Source: Longimicrobiales bacterium (GTDB lineage: Bacteria; Gemmatimonadota; Gemmatimonadetes; Longimicrobiales; Gaopeijiaceae). Taken from it: DNA of 64,000 nucleotides. This document shows, piece by piece, positions 8,937-19,432 of this stretch. The stretch spans positions 1,824,001 to 1,888,000 of the forward strand of contig OZ250165.1 of the NCBI GenBank assembly GCA_965238005.1. The letters are read 5' to 3'. The notes under the pieces were generated by a model. The model ran no database searches. It had not been told where the DNA came from and saw only the letters and a list, made by a program, of their open reading frames with translations. The position numbers and the translations under genes are program-made. Position 1 is the stretch's first letter. Every line of letters starts with the position of its first letter.

Positions 8937-11676
8937 CCTCCGAGGCGGACGCCTCTTGCTGGCTTTCGTCGTCGCCGTCCTCGCGATGTTGCTTTTTGGC
9001 CGGATCGGCGCCAGCGCCTACGTCGAGATCCTCTGGTTCGAGGCCGTCGGTTTCTCGTCCGTCTTTTGGACGCGAATCCTATGGGAGTGGGGCACCCGCA
9101 TCACGGGAGCCACGGTGGTGGCCATCGCCATCTTCGCCAACCTCCGGCTCGTGGCACGGACGTTGGGCGGCATTCGTATCAAGCGGCGGGTGGGCGATCT
9201 GGTGATCTCCGAGCAACTCCCCGAGGCCTACGTCTTCTGGGGAATCATCCTGATCTCGGCCCTCATGGGAGCGTGGTTCGGAGCGTCCATCCCCCGAGCC
9301 ATCGGGCTCCAGTTCCTCTTCCTTCTCAAGGCTCCCGTCTGGGGGATGGTCGATCCCATCTTGGGCAAGGACCTGACGTTCTACGTCATCCTTCTTCCCG
9401 TCGTCGGGGCCGTAGTGACCTTCGGCATGGTCGTGGCGTTCCTCGTGTTCACCCTCGCGTCGGCGGGCTACGCCGCCACCGGCGTGCTCCAGTGGGGACG
9501 CGGGCGGATCGACATAGAGGGCCAACCTCGCACACACCTGACGATCATCGTCGCCTCGTTCTTCGTGCTCCTGGCCATCCGCTTCTGGCTCGGGCGATAC
9601 TTCCTCCTGCTCGACGGGACCTCCGGCGTCCAGAGCATCTTCGGTTACGCGGACGCCGAAGCCCGCCTCCCGGCCATGCGCATCCTGACGCTGCTCTCCG
9701 TCTTCGCGGGCATCGGGACCATGTGGAGTGGCCTGAAGGGACGCATCCTCCCGGCCGCCGCCACCGTCGGGGCCCTGGTCGTCGGGGGGCTGGTGGTCGG
9801 CCAGGCCTACCCGTCCTTCGTCCAACGCTTCCGGGTGGAGCCCAACGAGCTCGAGCGCGAAACGTCGTTCATCGAGCACAACATCCGCTTCACACGGCTC
9901 GGCTTCGACCTCACGGAGCTAGACAGACGGGAGTTCGAGTATGAGCAAGAGGTCGACGTGGACTGGCAGGCAGCGACGGCGCAGTTCAGCGGACTGCCCG
10001 TGTGGAGCTCCCGAGCTCTGCTCACGACATTCCGAGAGCTCGAGGCACGGTTCCCCTACTACGACTTCTCGGGCGTGACCGTGGACCGCTACGAGAGCGC
10101 CAAGGGCCCGGTCCCCGTCGCCCTCGCGGTTCGCGAGATCCTGCCACGGGGCATTCAGGACCCCAACTGGCAGAACGTCCACCTCCGTAGCCTCTACATC
10201 CAGGGCATGGGTGCCGTGGCGACGGCGGCAGGGTCCCGGACACCCCAGGGCCGGCCTGTCATGTTCGTGTCCGGCATTCCTCCGGAATTCAGCGAGAGCG
10301 GGATTGCGCCCGAGGGCTTACGCCTCACGCGGCCGGAAGTCTACGTCGGGACCCGGAGACAGGGCTTTGCCATCGTGGATCCCGATCAGCGGACGGCGCC
10401 CGATGGGGGTCCCGCTCGACCCGGTATCGACTTCCCAAGGGGGATCGAGCTCAGCTCGCCCCTGAGAAAACTGGCGCTGGCATGGCAAGCCAGGGACGCC
10501 AACCTCCTGTTCACCTCCGAGGTGACCAACACCAGCCGGTTCCTGTTTCGGAGAGACGTCTTGAGTCGGGTGCTCAGGATCTCAGGGCCGCTCCTGCGCT
10601 ACCCCGACGAACCCTATCCCGTCATCCACGATGGGCACATCGTCTGGATCCTCGAGGGATTCACCGGCACCCGCTGGTTCCCCCTCTCGTCCACCCACAA
10701 CCTCGAGGCCGGTCGGCCGGTCCGGTACGCTCGAAACAGCGTGAAGGTTACGGTGGACGGGGTCACCGGCGAGGTGACCTTCTACGTGGTCGATGACGAC
10801 GATCGGTTGCTTCAAGCCTACCGGCAGGGCTTCCCCACGCTCTTCAGGCCCATCGACGAAATGCCAGATGGCCTCCTCAGCCACATTCGCTACTCGCGGA
10901 GCATGCTGGACCTCCAGGCGCGAGTCCTCAACCGATACCATCAAGACAGCGCGCCGGTCTTCCACGGCCAGCAGGACGTCTGGGAGCTCCCGCAGGAGCT
11001 CGCTCAGGGCACCACGCCGGTGCCGTACCAGGCCGAGTACGGGATCTACCTTTTGCCCGGTGAGTCGAAGGCTGGCTTCCTCCTCACCACGGTGTTCGTG
11101 CCGCGTGGTCGGCAGAATCTGACGGCCATCCTGGTGGCCCGGAATGATCCGGATCGTTACGGGGAGCTCATACTCTTCGACGTCTCCGTTGAGGATCAGG
11201 CCCCGGGTCCCCGCCAGGTGGAGGCTCTCATCGAGCAGGATCCGGTCATCTCTCAGCAGTTCTCCCTCTGGCGAACGGGGGGCAGCCAGGTGTGGACGGG
11301 ACACCTGCACCTGGTTCCCGTCGGTGAGACCCTTCTGTACATGGAGCCCGTCTTCCTGGCGGCCGAGGCGGATGCCATCCCCGAGCTCCGCCGTTTCGTG
11401 GTCAGCGACGGGCGGCGTGTGTCAATGGAGGAAACGCTGGAGCAGTCCATCCAGACCTTGGCGTCCATGTCCGGCGACACGCCACCCCTCACAGAGCCCA
11501 TCCTGGTGGCCGCCGACCTGCCTTCAGTGGACAGGAGCCGGTGGCCGGCCGAAGCCCTCGCCCTACTGGAGGACGCCGAGGCTGCGCTTCGTGCGGGAGA
11601 TTTCCAGGGATTCGGCATCGCCCTGGACAAGCTCAAGGCCCTTCTCCAGCGCATCTCCCGGGAGGGGGGCAATTAG
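8923..11676 (+). CDS. UPF0182 family integral membrane protein
   Basis: N-terminal transmembrane block, VEPNELERE, Y.RNSVKVTVD..TG.VTFY, GP.QVEALI.QDP.ISQQ; ATG at 8923 after GGAGG. Confidence 0.92.
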   Translation: MKVSNLRGGRLLLAFVVAVLAMLLFGRIGASAYVEILWFEAVGFSSVFWTRILWEWGTRITGATVVAIAIFANLRLVARTLGGIRIKRRVGDLVISEQLPEAYVFWGIILISALMGAWFGASIPRAIGLQFLFLLKAPVWGMVDPILGKDLTFYVILLPVVGAVVTFGMVVAFLVFTLASAGYAATGVLQWGRGRIDIEGQPRTHLTIIVASFFVLLAIRFWLGRYFLLLDGTSGVQSIFGYADAEARLPAMRILTLLSVFAGIGTMWSGLKGRILPAAATVGALVVGGLVVGQAYPSFVQRFRVEPNELERETSFIEHNIRFTRLGFDLTELDRREFEYEQEVDVDWQAATAQFSGLPVWSSRALLTTFRELEARFPYYDFSGVTVDRYESAKGPVPVALAVREILPRGIQDPNWQNVHLRSLYIQGMGAVATAAGSRTPQGRPVMFVSGIPPEFSESGIAPEGLRLTRPEVYVGTRRQGFAIVDPDQRTAPDGGPARPGIDFPRGIELSSPLRKLALAWQARDANLLFTSEVTNTSRFLFRRDVLSRVLRISGPLLRYPDEPYPVIHDGHIVWILEGFTGTRWFPLSSTHNLEAGRPVRYARNSVKVTVDGVTGEVTFYVVDDDDRLLQAYRQGFPTLFRPIDEMPDGLLSHIRYSRSMLDLQARVLNRYHQDSAPVFHGQQDVWELPQELAQGTTPVPYQAEYGIYLLPGESKAGFLLTTVFVPRGRQNLTAILVARNDPDRYGELILFDVSVEDQAPGPRQVEALIEQDPVISQQFSLWRTGGSQVWTGHLHLVPVGETLLYMEPVFLAAEADAIPELRRFVVSDGRRVSMEETLEQSIQTLASMSGDTPPLTEPILVAADLPSVDRSRWPAEALALLEDAEAALRAGDFQGFGIALDKLKALLQRISREGGN

Positions 11677-11801
11677 CGTCGAATCCCGAAATCCTCGGCC
11701 ATTGATCTCGCTCCGCTCGATCGTCTCGCGGTCCACTCCGTACTCATAAAAACTGCGATGGTCTCTCGGCTCGAGCACCGATGATCGGGATCCGACACTA
11801 G
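11674..11801. mobile_element. MITE-like palindromic element 2
   Basis: Inverted repeat TAGCGTCGAATCCCGA (11674-11689) / TCGGGATCCGACACTA (11785-11800), 14/16; internal CTCGGCCATTGATCTCGCT.CGCTCGATCGTCTCGCGGTC shared with 15416-15455. Confidence 0.75.
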
Positions 11802-11812
11802 GACCCCGTTCC

Positions 11813-11841
11813 TTGATCGCTCCTTGCAGCCCAGGTAGCTT
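11813..11841 (+). promoter_or_regulatory. Putative sigma70 promoter of sucCD
   Basis: TTGATC-17 bp-TAGCTT. Confidence 0.5.
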
Positions 11842-11931
11842 GAGGCCCTCGCAGGCTCCGTCTCACGGCGCGAGACGATGTCGTCTCCGGAGGTATTCCG
11901 ATCGGTTGATTCGACTTCGAGCTCGACTCAG

Positions 11932-13065
11932 ATGAATATTCACGAATATCAGGCGAAGGAGATCCTTCGCTCCAAGGGCATTCCAGTGCCGCCCGGGGAG
12001 GTGGCCACCACGCCCGACGAAGCCGTCCAGATCGCCGAGAAGTACGGTGGCATGGTGGTGGTGAAGGCGCAGGTCCACACCGGTGGGCGGGGTAAAGCCG
12101 GAGGCGTGAAGTTGGCCAAGACTCCCGACGAGGTGCGGGAGCACGCCGAGAACATTCTCGGCATGACCATCTCCAGCCTCACCGTGGAGAAGGTCTTGAT
12201 CACCCCGGCGGAGGACATCGACACCGAGGCCTACGTGGGTGTTCTCATCGATCGCGGCTCGCAGGCCGCCACGTTCATGGTGTCCTCCGAGGGGGGAATC
12301 GACATCGAGGAAGTGGCGCACACCAATCCCGATGCCATCCGCAAGCTTACGGTGGATCCGCGCTATGGGCTCATGAACCACCAGGCTTTCTGGCTGGCCA
12401 ACGCCCTCTACGACGATCCGGCACTGATCAAGCAGGCCTCCAAGATCATCCGGCAGCTCTACGACGCTTTCACGTCGAGTGGCGCATCGATGGTGGAGAT
12501 CAATCCGCTGATCACCACCGCCGGCGAAGTTAAGGCCATCGACGCCAAGATGAGCATCGACGACAGCGAGCTCTTCAGGCAGCCCGAGATCGCGGAGTAC
12601 CGGGATCTGTCGGCGGAGCCGTGGGCCGAGACCAAGGCTCGCGAGGCGAACCTCAGCTACGTGAAGCTCGACGGCAACGTGGGCTGCTGTGTGAACGGAG
12701 CCGGCTTGGCCATGGCCACCATGGACCTGGTGAAGTACCACGGCGGGGAGCCGGCGAACTTCCTGGACATCGGAGGATCGTCGAACCCCGAGAAGGTCGT
12801 GGCCGCCCTGCAGATCATCACCTCCGATTCCAACGTGGACGTGATCCTGTTCAACATCTTCGGAGGGATCACGCGCTGTGACGACGTGGCGAGGGGCATC
12901 GTAGAGGCCACCCGGAGCATCGACATCGAGCCCCCCATCGTGATCCGCCTCACGGGGACCAACGAGAAGGAAGGACTGGAGATTCTCGCCGAGGCGGGCT
13001 TTTCGGCGTTCACCTCCATGGACGACGTCGTCGAGCGGGCCGTGCAGATGGCCGCAGAAGCGTGA
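11932..13065 (+). CDS. sucC: Succinyl-CoA synthetase beta subunit
   Basis: [43 protein letters not shown]. Confidence 0.98.
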   Translation: MNIHEYQAKEILRSKGIPVPPGEVATTPDEAVQIAEKYGGMVVVKAQVHTGGRGKAGGVKLAKTPDEVREHAENILGMTISSLTVEKVLITPAEDIDTEAYVGVLIDRGSQAATFMVSSEGGIDIEEVAHTNPDAIRKLTVDPRYGLMNHQAFWLANALYDDPALIKQASKIIRQLYDAFTSSGASMVEINPLITTAGEVKAIDAKMSIDDSELFRQPEIAEYRDLSAEPWAETKAREANLSYVKLDGNVGCCVNGAGLAMATMDLVKYHGGEPANFLDIGGSSNPEKVVAALQIITSDSNVDVILFNIFGGITRCDDVARGIVEATRSIDIEPPIVIRLTGTNEKEGLEILAEAGFSAFTSMDDVVERAVQMAAEA

Positions 13066-13103
13066 CGCCGGCGACGATGGAATACGAGCCAATGAGACGA
13101 TAG

Positions 13104-14006
13104 ATGGCGATTCTTGTCGATGAAAAAACGAAACTGGTCGTCCAGGGCATCACGGGAAGGGACGGTTCCTTCCACACGGCCCAGATGATCGAGTACGGCA
13201 CGCATGTCGTGGCCGGAGTTACGCCGGGGAAGGGGGGTCAGACATTCGAGGGCCCCAACGGAGTCTCCGTCCCCATCTTCAACTCCATGGATCGCGCCGT
13301 GGCGGAGACCGGGGCCAACGCCTCGATCGTCTACGTGCCGCCCGCCTTCGCGGCCGGAGCCATCGAGGAGGCGACCGACGCGGGCGTCGATCTGGTCGTG
13401 GCCATCACGGAGGGGATTCCGGTCCTGGACATGGCCCGGGCCCACGCCTTCGCCCGCGATCGGGGCACCCGACTCCTGGGGCCGAACTGCCCCGGTTTGA
13501 TCTCGCCCGGAAAGGCAAAGGTCGGGATCATTCCGGATCAGATCGTGACTCCGGGTCCCGTAGGCGTGATCTCCCGGTCCGGCACTCTCACGTATGAGGC
13601 GGTCATGCAACTTACCAACGCCGGTATTGGACAGACGACCTGCGTCGGTATCGGAGGTGATCCGCTCATCGGCACTAACTTCGTGGACGCACTCGAGGCG
13701 TTCGCCGCTGATCCCGATACCCAAGCCATCGTGATGATCGGGGAGATCGGCGGCACCGACGAGCAGGAGGCGGCGACCTGGGTGAAGGAGAACCTGGAGA
13801 TTCCGGTGGTAGGCTTCATCGCCGGCCAGACCGCTCCTCCGGGTCGACGCATGGGCCACGCCGGTGCGATCATCAGCGGCTCCGCAGGAGCGGCGGAGGA
13901 GAAGACGAAGGCCTTCGAAGACAACGGGATAAGCGTGGCGAAGCGCCCCGTGGACATCGTGGATCTGATCCGGGACGCCATCGGAGTAGAGGCGAGTGGC
14001 CTGTAA
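13104..14006 (+). CDS. sucD: Succinyl-CoA synthetase alpha subunit
   Basis: [27 protein letters not shown]. Confidence 0.98.
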   Translation: MAILVDEKTKLVVQGITGRDGSFHTAQMIEYGTHVVAGVTPGKGGQTFEGPNGVSVPIFNSMDRAVAETGANASIVYVPPAFAAGAIEEATDAGVDLVVAITEGIPVLDMARAHAFARDRGTRLLGPNCPGLISPGKAKVGIIPDQIVTPGPVGVISRSGTLTYEAVMQLTNAGIGQTTCVGIGGDPLIGTNFVDALEAFAADPDTQAIVMIGEIGGTDEQEAATWVKENLEIPVVGFIAGQTAPPGRRMGHAGAIISGSAGAAEEKTKAFEDNGISVAKRPVDIVDLIRDAIGVEASGL

Positions 14007-14052
14007 CCGATGATCGATTGGTATTCGAGTTGAGTCCTCGACGGAGGACGAC

Positions 14053-14946
14053 ATGAAGTTCATAGACTTGCTCGGCCACGGTGGGATTCTGGTCCCACTG
14101 GACGCACCGGACCTCGAAGGCGCACTCGCGGTCGCTCTTGAGGCCGTAGAGGGTTTCACCCCCGAGAGGGCCGAACGGGTAGCCATCGACCTCGCCTCGG
14201 GATCCGCCGGCGAGGTGGCCCGCGTCCACGACCAGGTCGTTGTCGTTCTCGCCCAGGAGGACACGCTGGAGTCGGTGTCTGCTGTGCTCGGAATGTCGCC
14301 GGAACCCTTCCAGGTGAACGCTGCAAGGGATGACGGGCCGACTGCGGCGCGAGTTCTCGTGTTGCTGGTGACGCCGCGCCGGTTCGCCACCCTGAAGCAT
14401 CAGATGTTGCCGGCGCTGGTCCGGTTCTTCCGTGAGGAAGAGAGGGCGGGGCCACTCTTGGCCGCACGGTCGGTCGATGCCGTAAAGAGCCTCAAGAGCC
14501 TCATGGAGATCGAGCTCCACGAACGCCTCTTGGTGGAGGATGTTCTCGCGCCCCTCCAGTACCGCGTCTATTCGCACACACCCTACACCGAAGTGGTGGA
14601 CCTGATGGTGCGGCGAGGACTGAAGTCGGTGCCGGTCGTGGGAGAGGACTACGAGTTCCTCGGTATCATCACGACGGGCGACGCCATGAAGCACGTGGTC
14701 GCCAAAACCCAAACAGAAGAGGCTGGAGAGCCGCAGGACACAACGCCTCTGCAGGAGCCCACGGCCCGTGAGATCATGACCCGGAGCGTCATGTGCGTCT
14801 CGGAGGATCAGAGCCTCATGGAGGCGGCGTTCATCATGGTGAACAGGGACGTTGAAGAGCTCCCCGTCATACGGGAGGGTGAAATGGTCGGCTTCCTCAC
14901 CCGAGGAGAAGTGCTGCGGCTGCTATTCGGGCCCGCAGAGAACTGA
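14053..14946 (+). CDS. PTS EIIA-like domain fused to a CBS pair
   Basis: C-terminal tandem CBS repeats (VPVVGE..FLGIITTGD, LPVIREGEMVGFLTRGEV); the N-terminus resembles a degenerate EIIA-2 fold. Confidence 0.7.
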   Translation: MKFIDLLGHGGILVPLDAPDLEGALAVALEAVEGFTPERAERVAIDLASGSAGEVARVHDQVVVVLAQEDTLESVSAVLGMSPEPFQVNAARDDGPTAARVLVLLVTPRRFATLKHQMLPALVRFFREEERAGPLLAARSVDAVKSLKSLMEIELHERLLVEDVLAPLQYRVYSHTPYTEVVDLMVRRGLKSVPVVGEDYEFLGIITTGDAMKHVVAKTQTEEAGEPQDTTPLQEPTAREIMTRSVMCVSEDQSLMEAAFIMVNRDVEELPVIREGEMVGFLTRGEVLRLLFGPAEN

Positions 14947-14975
14947 GACATCGTTACCCGGAGGAATGAAGTCAT

Positions 14976-15395
14976 ATGAGCTCTACGCTCGCGATCATCA
15001 AGCCGGATGCCGTAGGGTCCGGCTTCGCGGGAAAGATTCTGGCACACCTGGAGGATGCGGGGTTCACCGTGTGCGCGATCAAGATGACGCGCCTGGATCC
15101 CGACCAAGCGGGTGTGTTCTACGAGGTTCACAAGGGGCGACCCTTCTACGACTCGCTCGTGAGCTTCATGACGTCGGGTACGGTGATTCCCATGGTTCTT
15201 CAAGCCGACGATGCCGTCGCGAAGCTGCGGCAGATCATCGGCGCAACGGATCCGGCTGAAGCCGACGAAGGGACGGTCCGACGACTCTACGCGGAATCGA
15301 AGGAGAGGAACGCCATTCACGCGTCCGATTCCGACGAGAATGCCGCGGCCGAGATCGCTTTCTTCTTCTCGCGCCACGAGCGCCTCGAGCTTTAG
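14976..15395 (+). CDS. ndk: Nucleoside diphosphate kinase
   Basis: TLAIIKPDAV, HKGRPFY, GATDP, NAIHASDS. Confidence 0.98.
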   Translation: MSSTLAIIKPDAVGSGFAGKILAHLEDAGFTVCAIKMTRLDPDQAGVFYEVHKGRPFYDSLVSFMTSGTVIPMVLQADDAVAKLRQIIGATDPAEADEGTVRRLYAESKERNAIHASDSDENAAAEIAFFFSRHERLEL

Positions 15396-15670
15396 TGTGG
15401 TGTCCCAGAAGTGTCTCGGCCATTGATCTCGCTGCGCTCGATCGTCTCGCGGTCAACTGGGCGCTCACGACGAGCATGAAGGTCGCTCGGCTCGAGCACC
15501 GATGCATCCGGCCCTGCGGCGTTCCTCCTTCTCGGACCACGGCCTTCGGCCGCGTTGCCCGCGTTGCTATTCCTCGTCGTCGCGCCTGACCCACGCATCC
15601 GGCGCGGGTACCCCGGATCCGGCGCCTCGGCACTCTCGGTGGCTCGCGAACTTCTGGGACACCACACCAG
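15393..15670. mobile_element. MITE-like palindromic element 3
   Basis: Perfect 18-bp inverted repeat GTGTGGTGTCCCAGAAGT (15395-15412) / ACTTCTGGGACACCACAC (15650-15667); begins at the ndk TAG; shares modules with the other elements. Confidence 0.8.
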
Positions 15671-15716
15671 CTAGGGAACGTCCGCACAAGTCTTATGGAC
15701 AGGGGCTTTTCCCGCG

Positions 15717-15745
15717 TTGACTCCCCTGTAGGGTTGGGGTAGGTT
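15717..15745 (+). promoter_or_regulatory. Putative sigma70 promoter of the yceD-rpmF-plsX-fab operon, likely leaderless
   Basis: TTGACT-17 bp-TAGGTT, ending 7 nt before the ATG at 15753. Confidence 0.6.
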
Positions 15746-15752
15746 TTTTTCT

Positions 15753-16268
15753 ATGCTCAGAGTCGACCTGGCTCACTTGAAGCGGGAGCGATCACTGCAA
15801 GTAGAGGGATTCCTCGAGCCGGATCAGCATTCCTTCGAGGGATGCGCCTTCGTGCTCGAGAAGCCCCTCCACGTGGTCCTGACGGCTATGTGGGCCGGCT
15901 CGGGTGAGGTCGTCCTGCGCGGTAGGTTCAAGGGCTCCGTTGCCCAAGCTTGCCGTCGCTGTCTCGAACCGGTCGAGCGGACGGTGGATGCCGAGATCAC
16001 GATGATCTTCGCCCCGTCGGAGTTGTTGGAGGACGACGACCAGGAGACACGCCGTATCGAGCCGAGCCAACGTAAGGTCGACCTGGGACCGCATCTTCGT
16101 GATGAGTTGATCATGTCGGCGCCAATGTACGTGGAGTGCCGAGAGGATTGCAGAGGCTTGTGCGCCGGGTGCGGGATGAACCTGAACGAGGCTGATTGCC
16201 AGTGCTCGACGGAAGACATGGACCCGAGGTGGGATGCCCTGCGAGCACTCAAGAGCGAGCGAACATGA
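15753..16268 (+). CDS. yceD: DUF177 (YceD) family protein
   Basis: CRRCL and C..DCRGLC..CG.NLN...C.C...DPRW..L; lies upstream of rpmF. Confidence 0.93.
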   Translation: MLRVDLAHLKRERSLQVEGFLEPDQHSFEGCAFVLEKPLHVVLTAMWAGSGEVVLRGRFKGSVAQACRRCLEPVERTVDAEITMIFAPSELLEDDDQETRRIEPSQRKVDLGPHLRDELIMSAPMYVECREDCRGLCAGCGMNLNEADCQCSTEDMDPRWDALRALKSERT

Positions 16269-16271
16269 CCG

Positions 16272-16454
16272 ATGGCTGTTCCGAAGAAGAAGATCTCCAA
16301 GCAGCGCAAGCGCAAGCGCCGCACGCATTACAAGGCCGAGCCCGTGGTGACCAACACCTGCTCCCGTTGCGGGGATCCCAAGATCCCACACCGAGTGTGC
16401 CCGAGCTGCGGGTACTACGGGGGTGAGCAGGTGATCGAGCTGGACCTGGACTGA
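16272..16454 (+). CDS. rpmF: 50S ribosomal protein L32
   Basis: MAVPKKK.SK..KRKRRTH and CxxC..PHRVCxxCG.Y. Confidence 0.98.
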   Translation: MAVPKKKISKQRKRKRRTHYKAEPVVTNTCSRCGDPKIPHRVCPSCGYYGGEQVIELDLD

Positions 16455-16479
16455 CCTTCCGGCCACGGGATCAAGCGAG

Positions 16480-17475
16480 GTGCGGATTGCCCTGGACGCC
16501 ATGGGCGCCGACCAGGCCCCGGCTATTGAGGTCGCCGGAGCGGTCAGTGCTCTCCAGGATCCCCAATCGGACGTCGAGATCCTCCTGGTGGGGGATCGCG
16601 CTGCCCTCGAGTCCGAGCTCGCGCTTCATCAGGACTTTCCAGAGAACCGGCTGAGCATCGTCCACGCCTCCGACCGGGTGTTGCCGGGCGAGCCTCCTTC
16701 CACCGTTCTTCGTCGCAAGCCGGAATCCTCCATCGCCATCGGCCTGGGCCTCCACCGGAAGGGAGAGGCCGACGCCTTCATCAGTGCCGGATCGACAGGC
16801 GCCGTCATGGCGGCCTCACTGTTCATCCTCCGCCCTCTCCAGGGCGTGGATCGACCGGCCATCGGAACCGTGGTCCCTACGGCCGACGGCCCACTCCTTC
16901 TTCTCGACGCCGGCGCCAACGTGGACTGCAAACCCCATCAACTCATCCAGTTCGCTCGCTTGGGGAAGGTCTACGCTCAGGATCTCATGGACATCGCAAG
17001 CCCGCGAGTGGGCCTTCTGAACATCGGGGAGGAGCCAAAGAAGGGTGACGAGCTCGCCGTGGCAACCTACCAGGGCCTCGTGGAGAGCGGCCTCAACTTC
17101 GTCGGCAACGTCGAAGGCCGGGGCATCGTCGAGGGCGCCTGCGACGTCCTGGTGTGTGACGGTTTCGTCGGCAACGTGCTTCTCAAGTTCTACGAGTCCG
17201 TCGCCAGCTTCATCGTGAGCCTTCTCACCAACGCCCTCGGCGAGATCCAGTCGAACCACGACCTGGACGCAGTGTTTCGTCTCCTCGATTATACCGAGAC
17301 GGGTGGCGCACCTCTCCTCGGCGTGAACGGGATTCCCATCATCTGCCACGGAGGATCCCCACCCAAGGCCATCCGGAACGCCATCGGCGTGGCGGATAGG
17401 GCCGCACGGGCGTCGATGGTGTCCCACTTCGAGAAGGAGCTCAGGTTGCCGGTCGTTCAAGGCGGCACGGTATGA
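16480..17475 (+). CDS. plsX: Phosphate acyltransferase PlsX
   Basis: IALDAMGAD, SAGSTGA, DAGAN, LLNIGEE, DGFVGN, GAPLLG. Confidence 0.97.
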   Translation: MRIALDAMGADQAPAIEVAGAVSALQDPQSDVEILLVGDRAALESELALHQDFPENRLSIVHASDRVLPGEPPSTVLRRKPESSIAIGLGLHRKGEADAFISAGSTGAVMAASLFILRPLQGVDRPAIGTVVPTADGPLLLLDAGANVDCKPHQLIQFARLGKVYAQDLMDIASPRVGLLNIGEEPKKGDELAVATYQGLVESGLNFVGNVEGRGIVEGACDVLVCDGFVGNVLLKFYESVASFIVSLLTNALGEIQSNHDLDAVFRLLDYTETGGAPLLGVNGIPIICHGGSPPKAIRNAIGVADRAARASMVSHFEKELRLPVVQGGTV

Positions 17476-18464
17476 AGACGCCGAAGTCCCTGGTCGAGAT
17501 CGTCTCTACGGGGCGCTACCTGCCGGACCGTGTGCTCACCAATCACGAGCTCGAAGGCATGGTGGACACCACCGACCAGTGGATCAGCGACCGCACGGGC
17601 ATCAAGGAACGTCGTATCGCCTGCGCGCACACCACCGTTGCCGGCATGGGGGCCTCCGCCGCTCGCATTGCCATGGAGCGGGCGGAGGTCGAGGCGGGAG
17701 AGATCGACATCCTGATCGTCTCGACCACCACTCCCGACCGTCTGCTCCCGTCTACGGCGTGCGATATGCAGGCGCTGCTGGGAGCCGGCAACGCCGTGGC
17801 CCTCGACGTCTCGGCAGCCTGCTCCGGCTGGCTGTACGGGCTCACCATGGCCGAGGGATACCTGACGGCCGGTCGCGGAGAGATCGCCCTGGTCGTGGCC
17901 GCGGAGAAGATGAGCTCCATCACTGATTGGAAGGATCGCTCCACGTGTGTGCTCTTCGGAGACGGGGCCGGAGCCGGCGTGGTGCGGAGGTCCGACGGAT
18001 CGAAAGGCATCCTGGGCACCCATCACGGCTCGGACGGCAATCTGGCCGAGCTGCTGTATCGGCCGGCGGGCGGAGCCGCCGTGCCCATGGACGAAGAAGT
18101 GCTCAGGAGAGGCGATCACCTCGTGCGCATGGCAGGGCGGGAGGTGTTCAAGAGCGCCGTCCGCTCCATGTCCGAGGCCGCGAACCTCGCGCTCAAGCAA
18201 TCGGGTCTCACCGACGACGACGTGGACCTGATGGTCCCCCACCAGGCCAACATCCGCATCATCGAGGCCACGGCCCGTTACTCGGGCATTCCCATGAAGA
18301 AGGTCTTCGTGAACGTGGATCGCTACGGGAACATGAGCTCGGCGACCATTCCGGTAGCTCTGGACGAGGCCGTGGAAGAGGGTAGGTTGCGCCCGGGCAT
18401 GAACGTCCTGACAGTCGCCTTCGGCGCCGGCCTCACGTGGGGGGCCATGGCCCTCCGCTGGTAG
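17472..18464 (+). CDS. fabH: 3-oxoacyl-ACP synthase III
   Basis: AACSG, FGDGAGA, PHQAN.RII, YGNMSSA, FGAGLTWG. Confidence 0.97.
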   Translation: MKTPKSLVEIVSTGRYLPDRVLTNHELEGMVDTTDQWISDRTGIKERRIACAHTTVAGMGASAARIAMERAEVEAGEIDILIVSTTTPDRLLPSTACDMQALLGAGNAVALDVSAACSGWLYGLTMAEGYLTAGRGEIALVVAAEKMSSITDWKDRSTCVLFGDGAGAGVVRRSDGSKGILGTHHGSDGNLAELLYRPAGGAAVPMDEEVLRRGDHLVRMAGREVFKSAVRSMSEAANLALKQSGLTDDDVDLMVPHQANIRIIEATARYSGIPMKKVFVNVDRYGNMSSATIPVALDEAVEEGRLRPGMNVLTVAFGAGLTWGAMALRW

Positions 18465-18498
18465 ACGCCGAAGCGAACCTGAGAGCCGCTTCCGAGCC

Positions 18499-19422
18499 AT
18501 GTCCTTAGCACTTCTTTTCCCCGGACAGGGGTCTCAGCACGTCGGAATGGGCCGAGAGCTGGCTGAGGCATACCCCCTAGCGGCTCAGACCTTCGAGGAG
18601 GCCGACGACGTCCTGAGATTCGGGATTTCGCGGCTGGCTTGGGAAGGCCCGGAGGACGAGCTCGTTCTCACGCAGAACGCCCAGCCCGCCATGCTCACGC
18701 ACTCCACCGCCGTGTACCGCGTCATCTCCGATCGGATTGGTGACGTCGGAATGGCCGCAGGGCACTCCCTGGGCGAGTTCTCGGCTCACGTGGCTGCGGG
18801 GACTCTCGACTTCGCCGATGCCCTGAGGACCGTCCGGCTGAGAGGCGAGCTCATGTATTCGGCGGGACAGGATCGCATCGGCACCATGGCGGCCGTGCTG
18901 GGGCTGGACGACGACGTCCTGATATCGGTCTGCGTGCAGGCCAGCGCCGAGGCCGGGACCTGCGTACCGGCCAACTTCAACTCCCGGGGACAGGTCGTGA
19001 TCAGCGGGGACGCGGCCGGGGTCGACCGAGCCATGGAGCTGGCCTTGGAGGAGGGCGCGAAGAGAGTCGTGAAGCTGAGCGTGTCGGGCGCCTTCCACTC
19101 GCCCCTCATGGCGCCCGCCGAGGACGGCCTCCGGGAGCACCTGGAAGAGACCGACTTCAGGGACCTGAACTACCCAGTGGTGGCAAACGTGACCGCGAAG
19201 CCCGTGACCTCCGGCGCCGCGGCACGCGACCTCCTCATCCGCCAGTTGACCTCTCCCGTGCGCTGGGCCGCATCGGTGGGGCAGATGGTGGAGTCGCGGG
19301 TAGATGAATTCCTCGAGCTCGGCCCGGGCTCGGTGCTCCGAGGACTGAATCGAAGAAACGCCAAGAGCATTCCCTGTAGCTCCCTCGGGGAGCCCGAGGA
19401 TCTGGAAAACTGGGAAGGCTGA
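18499..19422 (+). CDS. fabD: Malonyl-CoA:ACP transacylase
   Basis: FPGQGSQ, GHSLGE, SGAFHS. Confidence 0.97.
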   Translation: MSLALLFPGQGSQHVGMGRELAEAYPLAAQTFEEADDVLRFGISRLAWEGPEDELVLTQNAQPAMLTHSTAVYRVISDRIGDVGMAAGHSLGEFSAHVAAGTLDFADALRTVRLRGELMYSAGQDRIGTMAAVLGLDDDVLISVCVQASAEAGTCVPANFNSRGQVVISGDAAGVDRAMELALEEGAKRVVKLSVSGAFHSPLMAPAEDGLREHLEETDFRDLNYPVVANVTAKPVTSGAAARDLLIRQLTSPVRWAASVGQMVESRVDEFLELGPGSVLRGLNRRNAKSIPCSSLGEPEDLENWEG

Positions 19423-19432
19423 GAGACCGGAC

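Noticed and set aside
15392..15720. Short ORFs over the palindromic elements (also at 28659-29340 and 46965-47325)
   Set aside because: They lie within non-coding repeat elements and have no protein-like features.
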